A stretch of 15,490 bases of DNA from Bdellovibrionales bacterium (GTDB taxonomy: Bacteria; Bdellovibrionota; Bdellovibrionia; Bdellovibrionales; UBA840): assembly GCA_037969075.1 (NCBI GenBank), contig JBBKWS010000100.1:1-15490 (forward strand), in the 5' to 3' direction. The position numbers were made by a program, and so were the translations under genes. Position 1 is the first letter of the stretch, and every line of letters starts with the position of its first letter. Below, one piece after another: positions 7,093 through 14,951 of this stretch. The notes beneath the pieces were generated by a model that did not search any database, had not been told where the DNA came from, and worked only from the letters and a program-made list of their open reading frames with translations.

Positions 7093-8522
7093 AAACCTTA
7101 GTAATACAATTAGCAAGACTGGGAGATATTTTACAAACTTTACCTGCTCTGCATGCCTATTGCCGTTCTAATAGCACTGAAAAAATACACTTTTTAGTTA
7201 GAAAGAAGTTTTCTGAGATTGCGCATATACTTCCTGTTTGTGACAGCGTTATTGAAATGGATACAAAAGTAATTCTAGAAGCATCAATCTTCGCAGGTGA
7301 AGATGGGGTAGAAGATAGTTTAAGTGTAATGCAGAAATGGGTTGAGAGACTAAAAGCCGAAGGCTATGAAAAAATTATTAATTTAAGTTTCTCACCATTT
7401 AGCTCATACCTAACATCGTTGTTAGCTGATGAAGGGGTTGAGGTAGTCGGTTATACAAGACATGAGGATGGTTTTTTAGCTATACCTGATGATGCGAGTG
7501 CATATTTTTATGGGCAAGTTGGAGTTAATCGCAGTAATCGTTTTCACTTAATTGATCTTTTTGCCTCGATACTAGGTGTAGAGTTGGAAGATCAAGATTG
7601 GAATCTTAGTAAAAATTACGATTCAAAAAAACTAGAAAACTACATTGCATTTCATATCGGCGCGAGTAATCCAAAGAAATCTCTCTCTCAGACAGCAATT
7701 GTGGGTCTATTAAGAGCTATTGTTAAGTCGTCAGATATTGGTATTTATTTGTTGGGTGGCACAGAAGACATAGCCATGGCAGAAAGTATAGAAAGACAGT
7801 TAGGTGGCTCTAAAATTAAGAACATGGTAGGAAAGACAAATCTAGCGGAATTAATAGATATCATTGCTAAGTCAAAAGCCTTTATGGGTGCAGATAGTGG
7901 TCCTATGCAAATCTGTAACCTCACCAACACTTTATGTATCAATTTTAGTAACGAGTTTGTGAATTTCTGGGAAACAGGGCCTCGTAGTTATAAATCATTT
8001 GTTTGCTATGTTAAGGATTTTTCATTGCTCGATATGAACGAGGTTGCTTTAGAAATTAAAACCATATTGGAGACGGGAAGTTCTGAGTGGATACAGGGGG
8101 ATCGCCTTGGATATCACGGGGCATATCCAACTACTCCATCTCAAGATTTTCAGTGGAGTTTAATTAAGGCTATATACTTAGGTGAAGAGTTCCCTGCCTT
8201 AGAGTCATCGCAATTCGCGCGTGCGGTCGTTCATTTGAATGATGTGAATGACATTTCTTTACACCATTTAGCGAATTTTCAGATAGGCAATAGGCAGCAG
8301 GCTAGTGTTTTGGAAACTGCGGATAAGATCATGGACACGCTGGCAACTGAGGTCGAAGAGATTATGCCTATAGTCTATTGGTTTAGAACAGAAAAAATAC
8401 GGATGGGACCTGTTCCGTTAACAGATCTTATTATCCAATACATGGATTTACATAAAAAATTAAAACAAATACTAGAGTTATATTTAAAACCTAAGTGGGA
8501 AATTACTGAGGATTTATTATGA
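7089..8522 (+). CDS. Glycosyltransferase family 9 (heptosyltransferase-like) with C-terminal extension
   Basis: TLVIQLARLGDILQT, IAFHIGASNPKK, NMVGKTNLAEL, GADSGPMQI: GT9 motifs. Confidence 0.92.
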   Translation: MKTLVIQLARLGDILQTLPALHAYCRSNSTEKIHFLVRKKFSEIAHILPVCDSVIEMDTKVILEASIFAGEDGVEDSLSVMQKWVERLKAEGYEKIINLSFSPFSSYLTSLLADEGVEVVGYTRHEDGFLAIPDDASAYFYGQVGVNRSNRFHLIDLFASILGVELEDQDWNLSKNYDSKKLENYIAFHIGASNPKKSLSQTAIVGLLRAIVKSSDIGIYLLGGTEDIAMAESIERQLGGSKIKNMVGKTNLAELIDIIAKSKAFMGADSGPMQICNLTNTLCINFSNEFVNFWETGPRSYKSFVCYVKDFSLLDMNEVALEIKTILETGSSEWIQGDRLGYHGAYPTTPSQDFQWSLIKAIYLGEEFPALESSQFARAVVHLNDVNDISLHHLANFQIGNRQQASVLETADKIMDTLATEVEEIMPIVYWFRTEKIRMGPVPLTDLIIQYMDLHKKLKQILELYLKPKWEITEDLL

Positions 8523-9139
8523 GTAAGTTAGTTTTAAAATCAGACGAGATGTTACAGTCATACTTTGATTGTGATGATACATTGCAAGTCATTAATAGAA
8601 TAAAATTACAAATGGAAGAGCAGAGACGAGTTATCTATTCTATTCGCATAAATGATAATGAAATCGCTGAATCTAATGAAAAACAACTTATTGATTATAA
8701 ACTGGCTAATGTGCGTATGATTGAGGTTGAGTATTGCGAGTATGATGAGTTTTATGAGAAGTTCGTTACCTCTACCAAAAAATTTATTAATGATATTAAA
8801 CAAATTTGTCCACATTTATCTGAGGCAATTTTTGAAAATAAAATTTCCGAGTTTCATAAGTTATTTCATGATTTTGTAGACTCTATGGAATCTCTGATGG
8901 CTGCAGTTCACTTTATACATTATAAGGGCAAGATTTCTATTGCAGAAAGTAAGTGGAAAGAAGTCGAAGATAAGACCTCGGCCATATTAAGCCAAGTACT
9001 ACAGCTTTATCCTAATAAGGATTTTGTGTCATTGGCTGATGTTTTTGATTATGAGATGACAGATGTGCTTGAAGATTGGCTTAGACTACTGCAAAATATA
9101 AAAGGAAATGAGCAACGAGACAGCGGAAAAGGTAACTGA
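8519..9139 (+). CDS. Hypothetical protein: small N-terminal alpha/beta domain plus acidic helical bundle
   Basis: 206 aa, ATGA-coupled, GAGG SD. C-terminal KDFVSLADVFDYEM..L..W resembles a D.v.laD.leYE motif I recall from flagellin-modification loci. Confidence 0.75.
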   Translation: MSKLVLKSDEMLQSYFDCDDTLQVINRIKLQMEEQRRVIYSIRINDNEIAESNEKQLIDYKLANVRMIEVEYCEYDEFYEKFVTSTKKFINDIKQICPHLSEAIFENKISEFHKLFHDFVDSMESLMAAVHFIHYKGKISIAESKWKEVEDKTSAILSQVLQLYPNKDFVSLADVFDYEMTDVLEDWLRLLQNIKGNEQRDSGKGN

Positions 9140-11051
9140 GGTAATTTTTTACGGTGATGACTCACTGTTCACGGACCCATTAGGTTCCTATAATTTAGAT
9201 TCGCTGATTCATGTAAACCGTATAGATTCTGATAGAAACTTACTGAGACAAGTCTTTCAAAAAACTGACATTGGAATTTTACTTTTGTACCTAGACTCTC
9301 CTGAGGAGGTACATGAGGTTTTAACCCTTAAAGAGGCTTTTCAGAAGGATACGCAAGTAATTCTTTTTTATAAAAGCCTTACTCTCGATTTTTTACAAGA
9401 AATGCAAGAAAATTTTGACCTATATCGAGTGATCAACTCTGCCAAGATAGATGAATTATTTGTTCGTACTTTACTGAGTGCTCGTAATTTTTATCAAGAA
9501 CGTCGTGATAATAAAAATATTTTCATAAAATATCATCAAAAAAATAAAAAATGGAAAGAGCTTTCTTCAAAACTTGCGGCCACAGAGAGGGACAAGCAAG
9601 AGCTGTTACAGAGATTAAAAAATGACGAACAACATAAAAGGCTGGCAGAGAGAAAATTGCAAAGATTTATTACTAATCTATCGTATGTCTCAAATATGGA
9701 TGATTATATAAAAAGTCTTTTTAGAGAAATTAGAAAGCGTGTTGAAATACTGGGACTTTATATTATTGTTGAGCATCATACATATGGGCAGGTCTTATAT
9801 AGTTTGCAGCGAGGAAAGTTTATTTTTCAGAGGCTGTCGGATTCTGTTAGTGATCTGTCCATTTTAGATAAATCAGTAATGCGTGAGTTTTTAGCTAACC
9901 GTCTTAATCGTCCATTGCTTAGTATTGAAAAGAAATTTCTAGAGTTTAAGAACAAGAGAAATGGGTTTATGTTATTTGAATTAGAGGTAGGATCTGATCT
10001 TGATGCTGATTTTAATCACTTTTGGAAACAAGTAGATCAAGCGACAGCTATGATTTTGGATAGACTTTTACTTCGTCTAGAGATGGATAACATACGTAGT
10101 ATTTGGGAAAAAACCTTTGAATCTTTAACATCACCGTTGGTCATTTTAGATAAAGACGGAAAAATTGTTAAAATGAACAAGGCATTTCTACAAATACAAA
10201 GTTATGATTTAATGCTTTTTTTGATAGATAATCACAAAAGTAAAGTGAGCTCCTTAGAGTGGAAAACTCAAATGCAAAACTTTCAACTACTTGCATTTCC
10301 TATTTTATTTGAGCACGGGGCTTGGGACTCTACGTTGTACTATTTTCAAGATCAAAATGAATTGCAAGAAAACTATTCTAAGATGGTGCAAACTGAAAAA
10401 ATGGCAGCTATAGGGTTACTTGCTGGAAATATAGCGCATGAGCTTAATAACCCATTTGCAGGATTAAAATCTATCACACAGTTACTTTTGACAGAGAGCG
10501 AGTTCGCTTTACACCACGATGATTTAAGGGAAATTTTAAGTGGAGTTGATAGGTGTTTAAGTACCATTCAAAACTTGCAGAACTATAGCGGTGAAGATAA
10601 TGATTCAAGGCAAATATTAGCTATAAAAGATATTATTGAAAATACCATTCCGCTTTTGAAATCTGCTTTAAGACAATACTACGTTTCCATTGATTATCAA
10701 TCTGAGCCCAAAGCAAATGTAAACTCACATCTATTGCAACAGGTAATCTTTAATTTGGTGCATAACTCATCGCAAGCTATGTCTGATGGCGGTAAATTGA
10801 TAATTAAAGTTACTGAAAGTAGTGCTGATGCAATTATATCAATACAAGATGATGGTAAGGGAATTGCCGAAGTAGATATGCCATTTGTTTTTGATCCATT
10901 TTTTACGACTAAAAAAATAGGAGATGGAACCGGCCTAGGATTGTCTATTTGTAAAAAAATAATTGAGTCTTTTGGTGGACGTATCGAGGTTGTTTCTAAA
11001 GTTGGAATTGGGTCAACATTTACTATCATAATTCCTAAAGTATTAGGGTAG
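9108..11051 (+). CDS. Cytoplasmic sensor histidine kinase (pseudo-receiver, coiled coil, GAF/PAS-like, HisKA, HATPase)
   Basis: H-box GNIAHELNNP, N-box QVIFNLVHNSSQAM, G1 DDGKGI, F-box FDPFFTTK, G2 GTGLGLSI. PAS-like PLVILDKDGKIVKMNKAF. No obvious TM helix. Confidence 0.93.
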   Translation: MSNETAEKVTEVIFYGDDSLFTDPLGSYNLDSLIHVNRIDSDRNLLRQVFQKTDIGILLLYLDSPEEVHEVLTLKEAFQKDTQVILFYKSLTLDFLQEMQENFDLYRVINSAKIDELFVRTLLSARNFYQERRDNKNIFIKYHQKNKKWKELSSKLAATERDKQELLQRLKNDEQHKRLAERKLQRFITNLSYVSNMDDYIKSLFREIRKRVEILGLYIIVEHHTYGQVLYSLQRGKFIFQRLSDSVSDLSILDKSVMREFLANRLNRPLLSIEKKFLEFKNKRNGFMLFELEVGSDLDADFNHFWKQVDQATAMILDRLLLRLEMDNIRSIWEKTFESLTSPLVILDKDGKIVKMNKAFLQIQSYDLMLFLIDNHKSKVSSLEWKTQMQNFQLLAFPILFEHGAWDSTLYYFQDQNELQENYSKMVQTEKMAAIGLLAGNIAHELNNPFAGLKSITQLLLTESEFALHHDDLREILSGVDRCLSTIQNLQNYSGEDNDSRQILAIKDIIENTIPLLKSALRQYYVSIDYQSEPKANVNSHLLQQVIFNLVHNSSQAMSDGGKLIIKVTESSADAIISIQDDGKGIAEVDMPFVFDPFFTTKKIGDGTGLGLSICKKIIESFGGRIEVVSKVGIGSTFTIIIPKVLG

Positions 11052-11059
11052 GTGTAAGT

Positions 11060-11425
11060 ATGAAGGTTTTAATCATTGATGATGAGCAGCTAATTAGAAT
11101 GGCCCTTTGCCGAGTGTTTAGTCAAAGAGGTTATGAAGTGTTTGAAGCCACGGATGGTGTTGAGGGATTGCGTCTTTGGAAGTCGCATAGACCTGATTTG
11201 GTAATGCTAGATTGGATTATGCCTAATATGAACGGTGGGCAACTACTTGCTAAGTTAGAAAACAATCTTATGGGTGCGGTAGTACACGTGATGTCAGCAT
11301 ACACAAATGAAACGAATATTCATGAATTAAAAGATCTAGGCGTAACATCTTTTATTTCCAAACCGTTTGATAGTGTGCTAGATATAGTTAAGAGTATCGA
11401 GGGAACTATTGGGAAACCAGATTAA
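11060..11425 (+). CDS. Single-domain response regulator (CheY-like receiver)
   Basis: VLIIDDE, PDLVMLDWIMPNMNG (phospho-Asp), MSAY, ISKPF. No output domain. Confidence 0.93.
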   Translation: MKVLIIDDEQLIRMALCRVFSQRGYEVFEATDGVEGLRLWKSHRPDLVMLDWIMPNMNGGQLLAKLENNLMGAVVHVMSAYTNETNIHELKDLGVTSFISKPFDSVLDIVKSIEGTIGKPD

Positions 11426-11759
11426 TATTAAGAAAGTTAAACCTTATCCTTTTGCTTGTATCTTGGCAAAGGGAAGTGAGGCGTTACAATGCCAAATTCT
11501 TCGCGTAGAAGTAATTGGTTTTTATGTTGAATCAGAAAAGGTGCAGTGGGGCCCATCTGATCGCTGTACCGTCGAGTTTATATTACCAGTTAGAAACGTA
11601 AGAATTAAAGCTCATGCTATGCTGGTGAAGGTTACTAATAGTTTGATGCCTGATCCGACAAAGAGACTTCATAAACGTCTTGAGTTTCAATTTCTAGATT
11701 TACCACTAGCGGCCAGTAGACAGATTAAAGCTTTTTGCCAAGAAATAAATCAAAAATGA
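11409..11759 (+). CDS. PilZ-like domain protein (degenerate)
   Basis: Beta-strand pattern CQILRVEVIGFYVES, VEFILP, IKAHAMLVKV, LEFQFLDL followed by a terminal helix. TTG start with GAGGG upstream. Confidence 0.6.
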   Translation: MGNQINIKKVKPYPFACILAKGSEALQCQILRVEVIGFYVESEKVQWGPSDRCTVEFILPVRNVRIKAHAMLVKVTNSLMPDPTKRLHKRLEFQFLDLPLAASRQIKAFCQEINQK

Positions 11760-12301
11760 GAGTTATATCTGGTAAGTTTAAAGGTCGACGCCTAGTTTCG
11801 TTTGAGGCTGAGCATATTCGGCCCACATCAGATCGTGTGAAAGAAAGTGTGTTTAATATTATATTTTCTGAGGTTGAGGGAAGTTCTGTTTTAGATTTAT
11901 TTTCAGGAACGGGAAATATTGCCATCGAGTTTAGCTCTAGAGGGGCTAAAGACATTGATGCAGTTGAATTAAGTAAAAAATCACTTCAAATTTTACGTAA
12001 AAATGTTGAGTCTATTAAGATAGAAAATATTAATATTATACCTAAGGATGTATTTTCTTACATAGCGACCTGCTCTAAAAGCTATGACATCATTTTTATA
12101 GATCCGCCGTTTACTGAAAAAATTGCTGATAAGGTCATGTTGGCCCTTAAAGACTCTATGGTGTTCCACCCAGGAACTATAATTATAATAGAATCCAGTA
12201 AGTTTGAGAAAATGGACTTGGAGTATTTGCCTTTAAAATGCTATGACCAAAGAAAGTTCGGTGATAAATCAGTTTCATTTTTTAGAAAGGATGATGCTTG
12301 A
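11756..12301 (+). CDS. rsmD: 16S rRNA (guanine(966)-N2)-methyltransferase
   Basis: MRVISGKFKGRRL, RPTSDRVKESVFN, LDLFSGTG, FIDPPF. Start placed at ATG 11756 (ATGA overlap) rather than 11735. Adjacent to coaD. Confidence 0.95.
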   Translation: MRVISGKFKGRRLVSFEAEHIRPTSDRVKESVFNIIFSEVEGSSVLDLFSGTGNIAIEFSSRGAKDIDAVELSKKSLQILRKNVESIKIENINIIPKDVFSYIATCSKSYDIIFIDPPFTEKIADKVMLALKDSMVFHPGTIIIIESSKFEKMDLEYLPLKCYDQRKFGDKSVSFFRKDDA

Positions 12302-12777
12302 AAAAGATAGCAATTTACCCTGGTAGTTTTGATCCAATGACACTTGGGCATATAGATATTATTACTAGGTCATTACCACTTTTTGATGAGGTATATGTCT
12401 GTATTTCTAACTCTACTCAAAAAAATTACCTCTTCAATATTGAAGAGCGCAAACAATTAATATTAGAAAATTTTAGTAATAACAAACAGGTACATGTTAT
12501 ATTTAATAACGGCCTGACTGTTGATGCTGCAAAATCAGTTAATGCAAAGTTTGTGGTTAGAGGCATAAGAACTAATATTGATGCCGAGTATGAGAAATCT
12601 ATGGATGTGATGAATAAGTCACTTTATAAAGATTTAGAAACTGTGCTACTGTTTGCAAGTCCTCTGCTTAGTTCTATTTCATCATCTCTTGTAAAAGAAG
12701 TAGCTATACTAAAAGGTGATGTTAGTGCTTTCGTTCCTAAGAATATAGTTACAGCATTAAAAAATAAATTGGGGTAA
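12298..12777 (+). CDS. coaD: Phosphopantetheine adenylyltransferase
   Basis: AIYPGSFDPMTLGHIDII, VRGIR, ISSSLVKEVA. TTG start overlapping the rsmD stop. Confidence 0.97.
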   Translation: MKKIAIYPGSFDPMTLGHIDIITRSLPLFDEVYVCISNSTQKNYLFNIEERKQLILENFSNNKQVHVIFNNGLTVDAAKSVNAKFVVRGIRTNIDAEYEKSMDVMNKSLYKDLETVLLFASPLLSSISSSLVKEVAILKGDVSAFVPKNIVTALKNKLG

Positions 12778-12781
12778 AAAT

Positions 12782-13978
12782 ATGTTAAGTCAAAAAGCTA
12801 AGCTAATGAAGCCGTCGCCAACTCTTGCTTTAAATGCAAGGGCTAAAAAGATGAAAGCAGAGGGGCATGATGTTCTTGCTCTTAGTGTTGGTGAGCCTGA
12901 TTGGAATTCATTTGATGAAGTTATTGATACTGCGATCTCTGCGATAAAAGAAGGAATGACAAAATATAGTCCATCAAATGGTATTCCCGAGTTAAGAAAT
13001 GCCATTGCAGAAGATGTTTCAGAGTTTTTAAATATTCCGTATGCAGCCGAGCAAGTAACGGTAACTGCGGGGGCTAAGTTTTCTATTTTTGCAGCTATGC
13101 AGGCATTGCTTGACCCTAATGATGAAGTGATTATCCCTGCGCCTTATTGGGTGTCATATCCAACAATGGTAGAGTTAGCGGGTGGTACACCAGTGATTGC
13201 TGTATGTGATGACAAGACAAACTTTAAATTAACCCCTGCTATTCTTGAAAAGCAGATTAATGTAAAAACTAAAATGATTATCTTAAATAGCCCATCAAAT
13301 CCGACGGGGTTGATGTATTCAGCCTCTGAGTTAAAGGCAATTGGTAGCGTATTAGAAAAATATCCAAAGGTTGTAGTCCTTACTGACGACATTTATAATC
13401 AGTTGGTTTTTAGTGGCGTTGATAAGGCCCCTCATATTTTACAGTCTTGTCCGCAATTAAAAGACCGCACGTTAATGATCGATGGTGCATCAAAAGCTTA
13501 TTCGATGACCGGTTGGAGAGTGGGATGGGCCATTGGACCAAAAGTCATTGTTGATGCAATGACTAATTATCAAAGCCAGTCTGTAAGTTGTGCAGCAAGT
13601 TTTAGCCAGTGGGCAACAATACCTGCAATTACTACCCAAAAAAATAAAGTAAAGTCCTCAGTGAAAAACTTAAAAGACAGGCGTGATTACTTTGCGGAGA
13701 AACTAAAGACAATTCCTGGGTTAGATGTATTTTTACCAGATGGAACTTTTTATTTTTGGATAGGAATTAAATCTTTGTTTGGTAAAAGCTTTGCTGGTGC
13801 CAAACTAGAGAATTCTTCTCAGTTTTGTGAATTACTTTTAAATCAAGAAAAGCTAGTTGTGGTACCTGGTAACGAGTTTGGCTTGGATGGGTATTTGCGC
13901 CTTAGTTTTGCTATACCAAAAGATCGTCTTGAAGAGGCAGCCATACGTCTAGATAGATTTATTAAGGCCCTCCAATAG
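12782..13978 (+). CDS. aspC: PLP-dependent class I/II aminotransferase (aspartate aminotransferase-like)
   Basis: VGEPD, GAKFSI, PYWVSY, NSPSNPTG, DDIY, SKAYSMTGWRVG (PLP lysine), LRLSFA. Substrate specificity is inferred. Confidence 0.88.
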   Translation: MLSQKAKLMKPSPTLALNARAKKMKAEGHDVLALSVGEPDWNSFDEVIDTAISAIKEGMTKYSPSNGIPELRNAIAEDVSEFLNIPYAAEQVTVTAGAKFSIFAAMQALLDPNDEVIIPAPYWVSYPTMVELAGGTPVIAVCDDKTNFKLTPAILEKQINVKTKMIILNSPSNPTGLMYSASELKAIGSVLEKYPKVVVLTDDIYNQLVFSGVDKAPHILQSCPQLKDRTLMIDGASKAYSMTGWRVGWAIGPKVIVDAMTNYQSQSVSCAASFSQWATIPAITTQKNKVKSSVKNLKDRRDYFAEKLKTIPGLDVFLPDGTFYFWIGIKSLFGKSFAGAKLENSSQFCELLLNQEKLVVVPGNEFGLDGYLRLSFAIPKDRLEEAAIRLDRFIKALQ

Positions 13979-14009
13979 TCTAGAGGATTTTGTTACCGAC
14001 TTGTTATTA

Positions 14010-14037
14010 TTGCGCGCTTTGATTAGTGCGCTACAAT
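14010..14037 (+). promoter_or_regulatory. Candidate sigma70-type promoter
   Basis: TTGCGC (14010-14015), 16-nt spacer, TACAAT (14032-14037), 6 nt before ATG 14044. Confidence 0.45.
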
Positions 14038-14043
14038 GTAAGT

Positions 14044-14754
14044 ATGTCTGTATGGGTTTTAGTACAATTATTTCTAAATATATCTTTCGCGGTAACAATT
14101 TTTATTTTGTGGGCAAGACTTGCTAGATCTCCAAAAGAAGATCCAAGACTAAGCAAAGGCTTACAAATACTTCAAACAAAAATATCGATTCTAGAAGATT
14201 TATCAGATCGCACTGACAAGCAGGTCAGAGATTTGTGTAATATCATCGAAAGAAAATCAAAAGAAGTAGAGTTGGCAATCATTCAATCAGAAGAGCAGAT
14301 CGTTAAAATTGGTCACTCTATGCGAAAAAGTCTTGAGGTAGCTGAAATTTTTCAAGATAAAATTCCTCACGATGAAATTTTAGATAGAAAGAATAGCAAA
14401 AAATATATCGATGCAGCCTTACTTGCACACAAAGGACAAACACCGCAGCAGATAGCCGATGTGATTGATTTATCAATTCCTGAATTAGAGTTCATTTGTA
14501 AGGTAAATAAAGATCGTCTGATGTTTTCAGAGGACGAATTACCTTCTTGGGCCAAGGCGCCGGAGAGGGATCTTAGTGAAGTATTTAGTCAAAATCATTA
14601 CGAGGAACTCAAAGGTTTAGGCGATAAGTTTCGTAGTGCCAGCTTAAAGAGCGACGACCGTGCAGAGACAACAGCACCTGCTGCAAAGCAGTCAGCTCCT
14701 ACAGCTCCAAACTTCGAAAGAAATATGCCAAAGGCCATTGACGTTATTAGCTAA
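14044..14754 (+). CDS. DUF2802-like membrane-anchored coiled-coil protein with HTH-like segment
   Basis: N-terminal TM helix (VWVLVQLFLNISFAVTIFILW), coiled coil, YIDAALLAHKGQTPQQIADVIDLSIPELEFI, low-complexity Pro/Ala tail. ATG 14044 preferred over GTG 14026. Confidence 0.7.
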   Translation: MSVWVLVQLFLNISFAVTIFILWARLARSPKEDPRLSKGLQILQTKISILEDLSDRTDKQVRDLCNIIERKSKEVELAIIQSEEQIVKIGHSMRKSLEVAEIFQDKIPHDEILDRKNSKKYIDAALLAHKGQTPQQIADVIDLSIPELEFICKVNKDRLMFSEDELPSWAKAPERDLSEVFSQNHYEELKGLGDKFRSASLKSDDRAETTAPAAKQSAPTAPNFERNMPKAIDVIS

Positions 14755-14951
14755 TGAGACTGGGCGATATTTGTAAAGCCAAAGTTGTCGAAGTAATGAC
14801 AGATAATTCTTTAATCTTAAGTTTCAACGGAAAATTACTTAGAGTTGTTAATAAGACTGGCGTTAGTCATAAAATGGATGACTTTGTAAGTCTACAGGTC
14901 TCAAAGGTTTTACCGCTAGAGTTCAAGTTGCTTCATATAAAAACAATTTAA
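14754..14951 (+). CDS. Small beta-rich hypothetical protein (65 aa)
   Basis: TAATG coupling to the upstream gene. Alternating hydrophobic pattern (LGDICKAKVVEV, LILSFNGKLLRV, VSLQV) suggests a small beta-barrel. Confidence 0.65.
   Translation: MRLGDICKAKVVEVMTDNSLILSFNGKLLRVVNKTGVSHKMDDFVSLQVSKVLPLEFKLLHIKTI

Noticed and set aside
12298..13978. coaD and the aminotransferase as sugar-nucleotide pathway enzymes for the glycan
   Set aside because: The motifs are those of canonical CoaD and a class I/II aminotransferase, not HldE-type nucleotidyltransferase or DegT/PseC sugar aminotransferase.
870..14555. Short minus-strand ORFs in the track (870-1055, 1421-1618, 2418-2708, 3513-3758, 3829-4041, 5852-6055, 7745-7942, 8606-8815, 10373-10567, 10697-11029, 11725-11955, 12790-13005, 13144-13392, 14367-14555)
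   Set aside because: They are antisense shadows of well-supported + strand genes and carry no recognisable motifs.
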